From Mytilus californianus (taxonomy: Eukaryota): a DNA stretch of 64,000 bases. This document shows, one piece after another, positions 63,939-64,000 of this stretch. The notes under the pieces are model-generated. The model was not told the DNA's origin, searched no databases, and was given only the letters and a program-made list of their open reading frames with translations. A program made the position numbers and the translations under genes. Numbering within the stretch: the stretch's first letter is position 1; each line of letters starts with the position of its first letter. The DNA lies in NCBI RefSeq assembly GCF_021869535.1, contig NW_026262679.1, forward strand, positions 30,814,001 through 30,878,000, read 5' to 3'.

Positions 63939-64000
63939 GTATTTAACTGAAATAATTAATGTATCATTATGATTGCATTGCTCTATGATTTTTATATTCA

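Overview
AT-rich animal genomic DNA, probably a bivalve and most likely a mussel (inferred only from recognisable repeat families). The host gene is a divergent TRPM-like channel on the + strand; 8 coding exons (10878-63938) join with consistent splice phases. One 37.5-kb intron (21223-58678) holds a nested stack whose boundaries can be read from the sequence. (1) A Penelope-like RT relic is split by (2) a decayed Maverick/Polinton at 26634-57667, with AGTAGT terminus, TIRs and 6-bp TSD CCCAAT. It carries pPolB, adenain protease, integrase-chromodomain, PLA2, packaging ATPase, minor capsid and core-like genes; no major capsid gene was found. The Maverick is interrupted by (3) a 5.0-kb foldback element (6-bp TSD) and (4) a 14.2-kb CACTA-ended element (about 350-bp TIRs, TSD TAA). 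Removing each insertion restores the reading frame of the gene it splits. Most interesting: the Maverick appears to carry relics of two giant-virus late transcription factors (VLTF2- and VLTF3-like). Its structural genes start at a poxvirus-late-type TAAATG, while both TIRs lead into putative replication genes. The first 7 kb is a cluster of retroelement relics (GIY-YIG PLE, LINE RT, DIRS/Ngaro gag) plus a hammerhead ribozyme motif. All homology calls are by-eye motif recognition; no searches were run.
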